Below are positions 8,783 through 16,550 of a stretch of DNA of 64,000 bases, piece after piece; within the stretch, counting starts at the first letter, position 1; each line of letters starts with the position of its first letter. The position numbers were made by a program, and so were the translations under genes. The DNA comes from an uncultured virus (IMG/VR IMGVR_UViG_3300043466_003414) (lineage: Duplodnaviria; Heunggongvirae; Uroviricota; Caudoviricetes). The stretch lies in the IMG/VR virus record IMGVR_UViG_3300043466_003414. One strand, given 5' to 3'. The notes under the pieces are model-generated. The model was not told the DNA's origin, made no database searches, and saw only the letters and a program-made list of their open reading frames with translations.

Positions 8783-8888
8783 CACTAAAGTTTCCGACTT
8801 CTGAAAGACTGAAACACCTTTAGATGCTTTTATAAAAATTAAACTAAAAAGTTAGAACCCCATTCGCCAAGCGTTTGGGGTTTTTTCT
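8783..8888 (+). ncRNA. candidate ~105-nt structured sRNA
   Basis: TAAATTTG at 8769-8776, stem CTAAAGTTTC...GAAAC(acc)TTTAG at 8785-8823, ends at the terminator. Confidence 0.35.
8856..8886 (+). terminator. intrinsic terminator at the strand switch
   Basis: AACCCCA-ttCGCcaaGCGtt-TGGGGTT followed by a T-run. Confidence 0.75.
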
Positions 8889-8889
8889 T

Positions 8890-11094
8890 TTATATACCTC
8901 CATCTATAATTATCCAGTTGTTCGGAGCAGAAGCCAATACTAATTTACCAGCACTCGCCCCAGCAGTATATTTAATAGTGCCAAAATTTATGAGTAAGTT
9001 TGGTTGTACTGATAATAAACTCCAACCATTATAAATTGCATCCAAATTAGTTGTACTATAATTTGCAAATGTTTTATTTAGCATAAAATTAGAAAAATTA
9101 GTAACATTAGATATGTTCCAAGAGCCAATATTTTGATTAAATGCCGTTGCAGTAGAAAACATTGAATTCATATTTGTAACACTACTAACATTCCAAGAAG
9201 ATATATTTCCATTAAAAGATGAAGCACCACCAAACATAATAGCCATATTTGTAACACTACTTACATCCCAACTATTTAAGTTTTGATTAAATGCAGTTGC
9301 ATTATTAAACATAATTCCCATTTCTGTAACACTACTAACATTCCAAGAACCTATATTTTGATTAAATGCAAATGCGTTAGCAAACATTCCAAACATATTT
9401 AAAGCACCACCAACATTCCAAGAACCTATGTTTTGATTAAATACTGATGCACCAGAAAACATTTGACCAAAATTTGTAACACTACTAACATTCCAAGAAG
9501 ATATATTTCCATCAAAAGATGAAGCACCACCAAACATAGCAACCATACTTGTAACACCACTTACATCCCAGCTATTTAAGTTTTGATTAAATGCAATTGC
9601 ATTTGTAAACATTGCAAACATATTACCTACATTACTTACATTCCAAGAACCTATGTTTTGATTAAATGCTGATGCTCCTTGAAACATTTGTGTCATATCT
9701 ATTACACTAATTACATTCCAAGAAGATATATTTCCATTAAATGAATTTGAATTTAAAAACATTTGTACCATGTTCGTAACATTACTTACATTCCAACTAT
9801 TTAAACTTTGATTAAAAGCAATTGCATCACGAAACATATTTTGCATATTTGTAACACTACTTACATTCCAGCTATTTAAACTTTGATTAAATGCAGTTGC
9901 ACCACGAAACATTCCAGTCATATTTATTACACTACTCACATCCCAAGAATCAATATTTTGATTAAAAGCAATAGCATTAAAAAACATAAATGACATATTT
10001 GTTACATTAGTAACATTCCAAGAGCCAATATTTTGATTAAATACTGATGCCCCTTGAAACATTTGGCTCATAATAGATACGCTACTAACATTCCAAGAAG
10101 TTATATTTCCATTAAAAGATGAAGCACCACTAAACATAGCAGTCATAAGTGTAACATTACTTACATCCCAACTATTTAAGTTTTGATTAAATGCAATTGC
10201 ATTTATAAACATATTTTGCATATTTGTAACACTACTCACATCCCAACTATTAATACTTTGATTAAATGTATTAGCATTGTTAAACATATTATTCATAGCT
10301 ATTACATTACTAACATCCCATGAATCAATATTGTTTATTGTTGGAAAAGCATAAGAACCAAACATATATTCACAATTGGTACAATTGCCAAAATTTAAAA
10401 CATCTGAAACGGAAGTCAAGTTAAGATTTGTGCAACCTCTAAATTGACCACCAAGATTGCCAATTAATTCAAAATCGCCCCAACTTGCTACTGATAAAAT
10501 TTTTAATTTATCTCCAGCATCATTAAATCTAAAACCTTTACATTCTCCATCAATTGAAATAGTATATGTTCCAGAACTTGTATAAGTATGTGTTACTTCA
10601 GCTTGATTCCATGCGGTTATTGTGTCAGTATTTCCATCTCCCCAATTAACAATAAAATTATATGAACCACCAGAAAATAAAGGCAATGATACTTGATTTG
10701 AAGCACTAGAACCTCCAGAAATATTTGCGGTATTCCAAGTTGAAACAAAAGGCAAACCTATCGTAATATTAGAATATGTATAAATACTTGATGATACATA
10801 AATTGTCGTTCCAGAATAGTTAAAAAGTCCTATTCCTAAAGTATTTAGTGCATCTACAACGCCTTGAATACTTTGAGTAACAACACTAGCAGTTAATGTT
10901 GTTGGTGTTGGATTTGAAGTTGAAGCATAGGTAATATTTACGCTATTTACCCCAACAAAACTTTGTGTTGATAAATCAAAAGAATATAAAATATTTGAAT
11001 TATTAGCACTATTTGGATTTGGTATTACTCCAAGAATAGAAATATCTTGATTAAAAGAAGTGTTATTAGCTATTTTTATATTTATACTTTTCAT
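8890..11094 (-). CDS. PKD-like + BspA/DUF285 surface-repeat protein; probable virion spike/receptor-binding protein
   Basis: VNWGDG...HTYTSSGTYTI PKD motif; about 17 tandem 25-aa FNQNIGSWNVSSVTNMxxMF repeats. Confidence 0.85.
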   Translation of the reverse strand: MKSINIKIANNTSFNQDISILGVIPNPNSANNSNILYSFDLSTQSFVGVNSVNITYASTSNPTPTTLTASVVTQSIQGVVDALNTLGIGLFNYSGTTIYVSSSIYTYSNITIGLPFVSTWNTANISGGSSASNQVSLPLFSGGSYNFIVNWGDGNTDTITAWNQAEVTHTYTSSGTYTISIDGECKGFRFNDAGDKLKILSVASWGDFELIGNLGGQFRGCTNLNLTSVSDVLNFGNCTNCEYMFGSYAFPTINNIDSWDVSNVIAMNNMFNNANTFNQSINSWDVSSVTNMQNMFINAIAFNQNLNSWDVSNVTLMTAMFSGASSFNGNITSWNVSSVSIMSQMFQGASVFNQNIGSWNVTNVTNMSFMFFNAIAFNQNIDSWDVSSVINMTGMFRGATAFNQSLNSWNVSSVTNMQNMFRDAIAFNQSLNSWNVSNVTNMVQMFLNSNSFNGNISSWNVISVIDMTQMFQGASAFNQNIGSWNVSNVGNMFAMFTNAIAFNQNLNSWDVSGVTSMVAMFGGASSFDGNISSWNVSSVTNFGQMFSGASVFNQNIGSWNVGGALNMFGMFANAFAFNQNIGSWNVSSVTEMGIMFNNATAFNQNLNSWDVSSVTNMAIMFGGASSFNGNISSWNVSSVTNMNSMFSTATAFNQNIGSWNISNVTNFSNFMLNKTFANYSTTNLDAIYNGWSLLSVQPNLLINFGTIKYTAGASAGKLVLASAPNNWIIIDGGI

Positions 11095-11585
11095 ATCTTA
11101 TTTTTTCTAATTAAGTAAGTTACTAAAATTCCAATTGCAACAATTGAACCCCACTTAAATACTTGGTTACTAATTAGTTTTTTATCGGTAGCAAAATTAA
11201 CATAATGCTCACAATTAAAATTAATAAAATCGTATTTATAGCCTTTTAAAGCTTCATACATTTTGCTTAAATCTTTACTCCCTAAATCGCTTTTAGTAAC
11301 GGAAATAATATCCCTACCTTTCATATATTTTTCAAGTGGTTCGCAAATTAAATTACCTCCATTTGAATTTATTTTGTCGGTTTGTAAATGATAAATGTAA
11401 AGTTCATCGCCTTGTTTTTCTACAATTCCATAATGATATAAAATCGGCAAAACCTCAACCTTTAATTTAACTAAATCTCCAGTTTCAAGTTTGGATATTG
11501 TGTGCTGTCTGTTTTGAATTTTAATTTCGTCTAAACTACTTAAACTATAAGACATCGCTAAAGTTTTTGAAAAAATCATTATCAA
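11091..11585 (-). CDS. LRAT-like permuted NlpC/P60 enzyme with C-terminal TM anchor
   Basis: YHYGI...IYH...YDFINFNCEHYVN (H-H-C triad); C-terminal TM plus RKNK; true start probably downstream of 11585. Confidence 0.75.
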   Translation of the reverse strand: MIMIFSKTLAMSYSLSSLDEIKIQNRQHTISKLETGDLVKLKVEVLPILYHYGIVEKQGDELYIYHLQTDKINSNGGNLICEPLEKYMKGRDIISVTKSDLGSKDLSKMYEALKGYKYDFINFNCEHYVNFATDKKLISNQVFKWGSIVAIGILVTYLIRKNKI

Positions 11586-11985
11586 AAGCAGAATTTCCAG
11601 AAAGGTAATCTCTCATGGCTAATTCCTCTACATAAATATTCATAAAAACAACTTCATTTGGCAAAATAGTCATATCAAAAAGGGTTTGACCATTCAATAC
11701 TACATTTTCTTCTGACAACTTAAAAAAAGTTGAATTTTGATATTGGTAAGGGTCTATTGTTGGCTTTTGTGAAAATGCTTTTATATAACCATTAACATCG
11801 TATTGTTCAATAGAAAATCCCTCTAATATTTGAGCATTAGAATTTGCCTTTAAATAAATACCATCTACACCATAAACAAAACTACCCATAGAATTTAATA
11901 TCGACTGATAAGAAGTTCCATCGGTACTTATTACGGAAACAACACCTCCGCTATATGTGGTTACTGTTGGTATATAAGCTGGCAT
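11545..11985 (-). CDS. paralog of the putative capsid protein (minor capsid/penton candidate)
   Basis: QILEGFSIEQYDVNG...KPTIDPYQYQ aligns with QVLETISVNTKDANG...VPTIDPYQQQ in 37263..37964. Confidence 0.6.
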   Translation of the reverse strand: MPAYIPTVTTYSGGVVSVISTDGTSYQSILNSMGSFVYGVDGIYLKANSNAQILEGFSIEQYDVNGYIKAFSQKPTIDPYQYQNSTFFKLSEENVVLNGQTLFDMTILPNEVVFMNIYVEELAMRDYLSGNSAFDNDFFKNFSDVL

Positions 11986-11988
11986 TGT

Positions 11989-12339
11989 TTATTTTTTTTC
12001 TATTTCTTCTTCAGCAATTACGCTTCCTTTTTTATTCATTGCTCTTAATAAACCAGTTTTTTTAGATATTACTACCTTAATGCCTTGTTCTTTTAGAATC
12101 ATAGCACTTAACTTGTCTAATTCGGCTTTTTTCTCTCCAGAGTTTATGGCTTCACGCATAGCTTGAAGTCCTATGACCGCATTTTCCTTTTCTTTTTTCA
12201 CATCTTCAGTAGCTTCTTTTGGTGCAGAATATTTGTCATCTAATGACTTTGTTCCATCGTCTTTTTTTGGTTTAAATATCCAAACCAAACCAAGTGCAAC
12301 ACCTAAAGTTACCAATAATACTTTTACTTCTTTATTCAT
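11989..12339 (-). CDS. small membrane protein
   Basis: N-terminal TM followed by KPKK. Confidence 0.7.
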   Translation of the reverse strand: MNKEVKVLLVTLGVALGLVWIFKPKKDDGTKSLDDKYSAPKEATEDVKKEKENAVIGLQAMREAINSGEKKAELDKLSAMILKEQGIKVVISKKTGLLRAMNKKGSVIAEEEIEKK

Positions 12340-12704
12340 CGTTTTTTTAATTTTAATAATAATAGAGCATAAATCAAAACTCCTACTCCTAAACCAACAT
12401 ATAAAATAGTTCTTTCTTTTTTACCTTGTTCTTTTAATTCATCAATTTTTTGTTTGTCAACATATTGATAAACTATTTTTTGTCTTTCAATTTCGGTTTC
12501 AGCTTGCTGTACTTTTGCCAAAAGTTCTTCTTGCTTTTTAGCACTTAATTTAGCTATTTCTTTTTCAAACCTTTTTTGGTCTTTTTTTATTGATGATGCG
12601 AAAGCATAATTAACAATAAGACCAGTAGCAATTGAAACTGCTTCTGTGTACCCACCTAAAGCACTACCAGTGCTTCCTAATGCAATGTCTGGAGGAATTG
12701 GCAT
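12336..12704 (-). CDS. membrane protein (coiled coil + C-terminal TM)
   Basis: LYVGLGVGV TM followed by KLKKR. Confidence 0.7.
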   Translation of the reverse strand: MPIPPDIALGSTGSALGGYTEAVSIATGLIVNYAFASSIKKDQKRFEKEIAKLSAKKQEELLAKVQQAETEIERQKIVYQYVDKQKIDELKEQGKKERTILYVGLGVGVLIYALLLLKLKKR

Positions 12705-12706
12705 AC

Positions 12707-13051
12707 TTATCCTTTTTTATAACTTCCACCTACTAAAGCAACTCCATAAATTAATGAAATTCCTAAACCACTACCCACTACATAAATCCAAGTATCTTTA
12801 AGCCTTTTGGTGCTTTCTTCTTGCAAAGCAACTCTATAACCTAACAAAGTACCAGCAAGAATTTTTGTTCTCTCGGTTTCTCCTAAAAGCTTTAATTCCT
12901 CGTATTTTAATTTTTCTTGAGAAGTCAAATTAGACAAAAACATTGCTTTTTGCAATTCTCTTTGTTTTTTCGCTTCTTTTTTGGCTCTATTTCCACCTAT
13001 AAAACTTGTTATTAATGAACCGCCTACCGATGCCACCGCTACATAACTCAT
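12707..13051 (-). CDS. membrane protein (coiled coil + C-terminal TM)
   Basis: Gly-rich N-terminus, C-terminal TM. Confidence 0.65.
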   Translation of the reverse strand: MSYVAVASVGGSLITSFIGGNRAKKEAKKQRELQKAMFLSNLTSQEKLKYEELKLLGETERTKILAGTLLGYRVALQEESTKRLKDTWIYVVGSGLGISLIYGVALVGGSYKKG

Positions 13052-13057
13052 AAAAAA

Positions 13058-13540
13058 TTATTTTAATTGTTTGTACTTATTGTAATCTTCAAACGAAGAA
13101 ACAACAAATTTTTCCTCTAATTGCTCTATATTTTCCTCATTATCTGGATTAGGATGAACGTTAACGAAAATAGAATCTTCCATAGCAACTACAACTCTTT
13201 TTGTTCCTGCTGGGGATTTTCCATAAAAAGGAGCAACCATTTCTTCTACTCCGTTTTCCGTACATAACATCAATTTCCCTTTTAATAAGAAAAAAGCGTG
13301 GTCGTGTTTATGTATTTTACCAATCGCAACTACGCCTTGTTTTAAAAATATTTCTCTTAAATAAATTCCATCACAAAAAGTGTGAGTTAAAGGCAAAGCT
13401 TCCGAATTACCTATTACTACATCTGGAGAGCCACTATTAATCATTAAGCTTTCAAGATACTCAACTTGCTGATAAAAATTTGAGCCGTTTTGCTCAAAAA
13501 AAACAGCGTTTTCTTTTTGTTCTACTTCTTTTAAATCCAT
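13058..13540 (-). CDS. cupin-fold protein
   Basis: HTFCDGIYLRE...GKIHKHDHAFFLLKG...NVH. Confidence 0.65.
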   Translation of the reverse strand: MDLKEVEQKENAVFFEQNGSNFYQQVEYLESLMINSGSPDVVIGNSEALPLTHTFCDGIYLREIFLKQGVVAIGKIHKHDHAFFLLKGKLMLCTENGVEEMVAPFYGKSPAGTKRVVVAMEDSIFVNVHPNPDNEENIEQLEEKFVVSSFEDYNKYKQLK

Positions 13541-13597
13541 TAGTGAAAAATATTAATAATATAGCACAATATTACGAAAAAATTATTAATTATAATA

Positions 13598-14470
13598 TTA
13601 TTTTAATTTTTCAATTATTTCGGCTACATTAAAAACCTCGTTTAAGTCATTGTAAGGTATTTTTGAAATGTCCTCAAATAAAGGTAGTCTTTGATAGTAA
13701 TTGTGGCTTAAATCCAATTCTTTTGTGTATGGATTAGCGTTTATGTTAGTGTGCATATCATAGCCAAAAACTTTTTCACTTGTTCCTATCCAAGCAACAA
13801 CTGAAGGTAAATTTAAAGAAGTTGCAATGTGCATAGCCGAACTATCAATTAGAAGTCTTTTTTCTGACATTGTTAACATAACAGCTATACTTCTAAAAGT
13901 ATCTAATGCACCAATAGTATTTTCATACATAATTTGGTCATCTCGCTTAATGTGAACAATAGCATAATCATTTTTGTATCTTTCAATGATTTGCTCCATT
14001 ATTGGTACTGGAATATCCCTTGTCCAAGAATATTTTAGCGGTTGGTTTATTGCTCCCCCATGCGGTTGAATAGCCATAATTGGTTTGTCAAGTCTATAAA
14101 AAGGCTCAAAATATTGTTTTTCAGCTTTCGACAAAAACATTTCTGGCATTTCTCCATTATACTTAATACCAAACATTTCGCACCAAATTTGAATTAAGTG
14201 CTTGCTTTCGGTTATGTAGTCTGAAGTAGAGTAAGGGTCGCTTATAAATACCTTTGCATCTTTGTTTTGAATAAGGTTTTTATAAATACCAGAACTATTG
14301 GCTTGCGTTATTATTTTATTAACGTTTGGGTTGTTAATAAATACATCTGGATATGCAGTTGAAACCACTATGTTTGCTTTGCTATATTGTTTTTTAATTG
14401 CTTTTAATACGGCGGTTGCCATAACAGACTTTCCAAGACCCCCATCCACCGAAAATATTACTGTACTCAT
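13598..14470 (-). CDS. GT9 (ADP-heptose transferase-like) glycosyltransferase
   Basis: GGLGKSVMATAVLKAIKKQY...NNPNV...IDSSAMHIATSLNLPSVVAW. Confidence 0.8.
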   Translation of the reverse strand: MSTVIFSVDGGLGKSVMATAVLKAIKKQYSKANIVVSTAYPDVFINNPNVNKIITQANSSGIYKNLIQNKDAKVFISDPYSTSDYITESKHLIQIWCEMFGIKYNGEMPEMFLSKAEKQYFEPFYRLDKPIMAIQPHGGAINQPLKYSWTRDIPVPIMEQIIERYKNDYAIVHIKRDDQIMYENTIGALDTFRSIAVMLTMSEKRLLIDSSAMHIATSLNLPSVVAWIGTSEKVFGYDMHTNINANPYTKELDLSHNYYQRLPLFEDISKIPYNDLNEVFNVAEIIEKLK

Positions 14471-14473
14471 AAT

Positions 14474-15172
14474 TTATAATTTTATATAATTAGTGTTTTT
14501 TTTACTTCTTAATCTACCATTTAATGTTGACCTATTTATTCCAGATTCAGAGCAATATTGTTCTATTGTTTCGTATCTTATTCCATAAACTTCTATTGGC
14601 TTTCCTAATGCTTTAATTAAAGCTGTTTTTCTTCTTAATTTTTCTTCTTCCGAGTGTACTCTACCTCTATTTTTTTCATGTGCTTTTAAAACACAAATTT
14701 TGGCTTTTGGATTTTTTCTACCTTTTGATTTTATAGACATTTTTAATCTGGTTTCTTCACTTGGTATTTTTCCTAAATGAGCTAAACTCATGTTTTTTCT
14801 TGTTTGTTCAGTATGTTTAAACCCAATACAATTTTTATTTCCAGTAGATAATATTTTTAATTTTTCTTTTGTTTCGTTTGTGTGTTTTAAACCATAAGCA
14901 CCATCTCCACCCAAAGTAATATTACACAATGTGCCACCATCTGTTTTTCTTTTATATTCAGAAATAAGTTTAACTTCAAATTCACAAGCTGTTTTCCAAT
15001 CTAAATTTTCATGTAAAATTTCAACAATATAGTCTGGGTATTTTTTTATAATACTCATCCAATGCTTGTTTTTTCTGAATTTATAATATGGTCTTTCTTT
15101 GTTTCCAATACCTATATAAAAAATAACTCCATTTGGTTTTTTATGAGCATATACACAAAATATATTTTCCAT
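14474..15172 (-). mobile_element. GIY-YIG/NUMOD3 free-standing homing endonuclease
   Basis: CVYAH...FYIG, NITLGGDG, repeated HTxETKxKxS NUMOD3 motifs. Confidence 0.8.
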
Positions 15173-15174
15173 AA

Positions 15175-15393
15175 CTAATCTTTTTTAATTTCTTTTATTC
15201 CAAAATTGGAAAATTTATACCATGCTCTTTCGTGTAAAAAATACATAAAAGGCTTTAATAGTATTTCAGTTGCTCCTACACTACCAGCAATAACAAAACT
15301 TCCAGTAAAGAAGTATGATATAACGCAAGTTTGAAGCGTTCCTAAAATTCGATAACTAATTGCTTTTGCAATGTGTCTTTTATAACTTATCAT
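15175..15393 (-). CDS. DUF2061 membrane protein
   Basis: RHIAKAISYRILGT...YFLHERAW. Confidence 0.85.
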   Translation of the reverse strand: MISYKRHIAKAISYRILGTLQTCVISYFFTGSFVIAGSVGATEILLKPFMYFLHERAWYKFSNFGIKEIKKD

Positions 15394-15395
15394 GA

Positions 15396-15629
15396 CTAAC
15401 GTATTATAGCTACTCCAGTATCAGTCCAACTAACATAATCAGCCTTACAGCTAATGTGGTGCTTATTTACCATTTCATTTTTTTGTGGGTCGAAAACATC
15501 ATCCCTTGTGGTAAATGTAGGCACGTTAATTTGTATGTCCGAAGCCAAAAATTCAGCACCATCAATTATTAATCGCCAAAACATTTTGTCATCGGTGCAA
15601 CTATGATTGTATCTTATTTTTATGTCCAT
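15396..15629 (-). CDS. hypothetical protein
   Basis: Operonic ORF. Confidence 0.6.
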   Translation of the reverse strand: MDIKIRYNHSCTDDKMFWRLIIDGAEFLASDIQINVPTFTTRDDVFDPQKNEMVNKHHISCKADYVSWTDTGVAIIR

Positions 15630-16033
15630 TATAATTTTCCTTCTTTTCTTAATTCTTCTCTAATTTTTGTTGCCGAAATATTACCTAAAACAGTTGGGGG
15701 TACATGCTCAATAATATCATATCCTACACCTCTACCAAACTCTACCGAGCAAATATCTGGAATAATCATAACTTTTACTACATCGCAATTAACAAGTAAC
15801 GCATATTCCATTTCTATTACCTCTTTAACTTGTTCAGCAGTATATGGATTTTTGTCATCAATTTCGCCATCTCTGATGCAAATTAAAAGATTTTTACCCT
15901 CATCTATTGCTTGTTGAAACAAATGTTTATGACCCAAGTGTAATGGTTGAAATCTTCCTATAAACATTGCATATTGATTTGGTTTTGGCTCTAAAGAAGA
16001 TTTAACGTGAACAATTTTTTCCCAGTTTTCCAT
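15629..16033 (-). CDS. HxGH cytidylyltransferase-like nucleotidyltransferase (candidate minimal ATP sulfurylase)
   Basis: GRFQPLHLGH...ISATKIRE; lies between cysC and DUF2061. Confidence 0.8.
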   Translation of the reverse strand: MENWEKIVHVKSSLEPKPNQYAMFIGRFQPLHLGHKHLFQQAIDEGKNLLICIRDGEIDDKNPYTAEQVKEVIEMEYALLVNCDVVKVMIIPDICSVEFGRGVGYDIIEHVPPTVLGNISATKIREELRKEGKL

Positions 16034-16035
16034 TT

Positions 16036-16488
16036 TTAAAATTTTAGGTTGTTAAGAATTTCGTTTAAAGTTTCTAGTTCAGAATCGTTTGTAGTGTCAA
16101 CGCTTACAAAGTTTTCTAAAGGCGGTTCGTAATTAGCTACATGGAAATTTTCACGACCTCTAATTTCAGTAGTGTGAATATAAAACTCTTTGCAGTCTAA
16201 TTCTGATTTTAATTTTTCCCTTAAATCCCTAAACGGACTTACTAAAGAAATAATAATGTGATTTAAAGGATTTTGTTTTTGCAAGTATTTTGCAATAGCG
16301 TGAGCAGTTTCAATGTTTTTTCTTCTACCTTGCTCCGAATAGTCTTTATTATCTAAAATTTCTCTTAAATCATCTCCATCAATGTTATATACTTTGCCAT
16401 CAATAAAAGAAGTTTGTAAGGCGGTTTTTAGATAATTCGCAATAGTGGTTTTTCCGCTATGCGGTTGACCAGTTAATATTATTATCAT
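16036..16488 (-). CDS. cysC: adenylylsulfate (APS) kinase (ATG at 16488 preferred)
   Basis: LTGQPHSGKTT, IDGDDLR, GRRKNI, SLVSPFRDLR, YEPP. Confidence 0.88.
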   Translation of the reverse strand: MIIILTGQPHSGKTTIANYLKTALQTSFIDGKVYNIDGDDLREILDNKDYSEQGRRKNIETAHAIAKYLQKQNPLNHIIISLVSPFRDLREKLKSELDCKEFYIHTTEIRGRENFHVANYEPPLENFVSVDTTNDSELETLNEILNNLKF

Positions 16489-16519
16489 GTTTCTTGGTTT
16501 TATTTCAAACAAAAATAAC

Positions 16520-16527
16520 TATATTTG
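16520..16527 (+). promoter_or_regulatory. -7 promoter element TATATTTG
   Basis: Upstream of the isolated plus-strand gene at 16551. Confidence 0.6.
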
Positions 16528-16550
16528 TATTATAAACCAAGAAAATTTTT

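Noticed and set aside
9100..10330. CRISPR array or DNA-level repeat element
   Set aside because: The 75-nt periodicity encodes the DUF285/BspA protein repeats; there are no unique spacers
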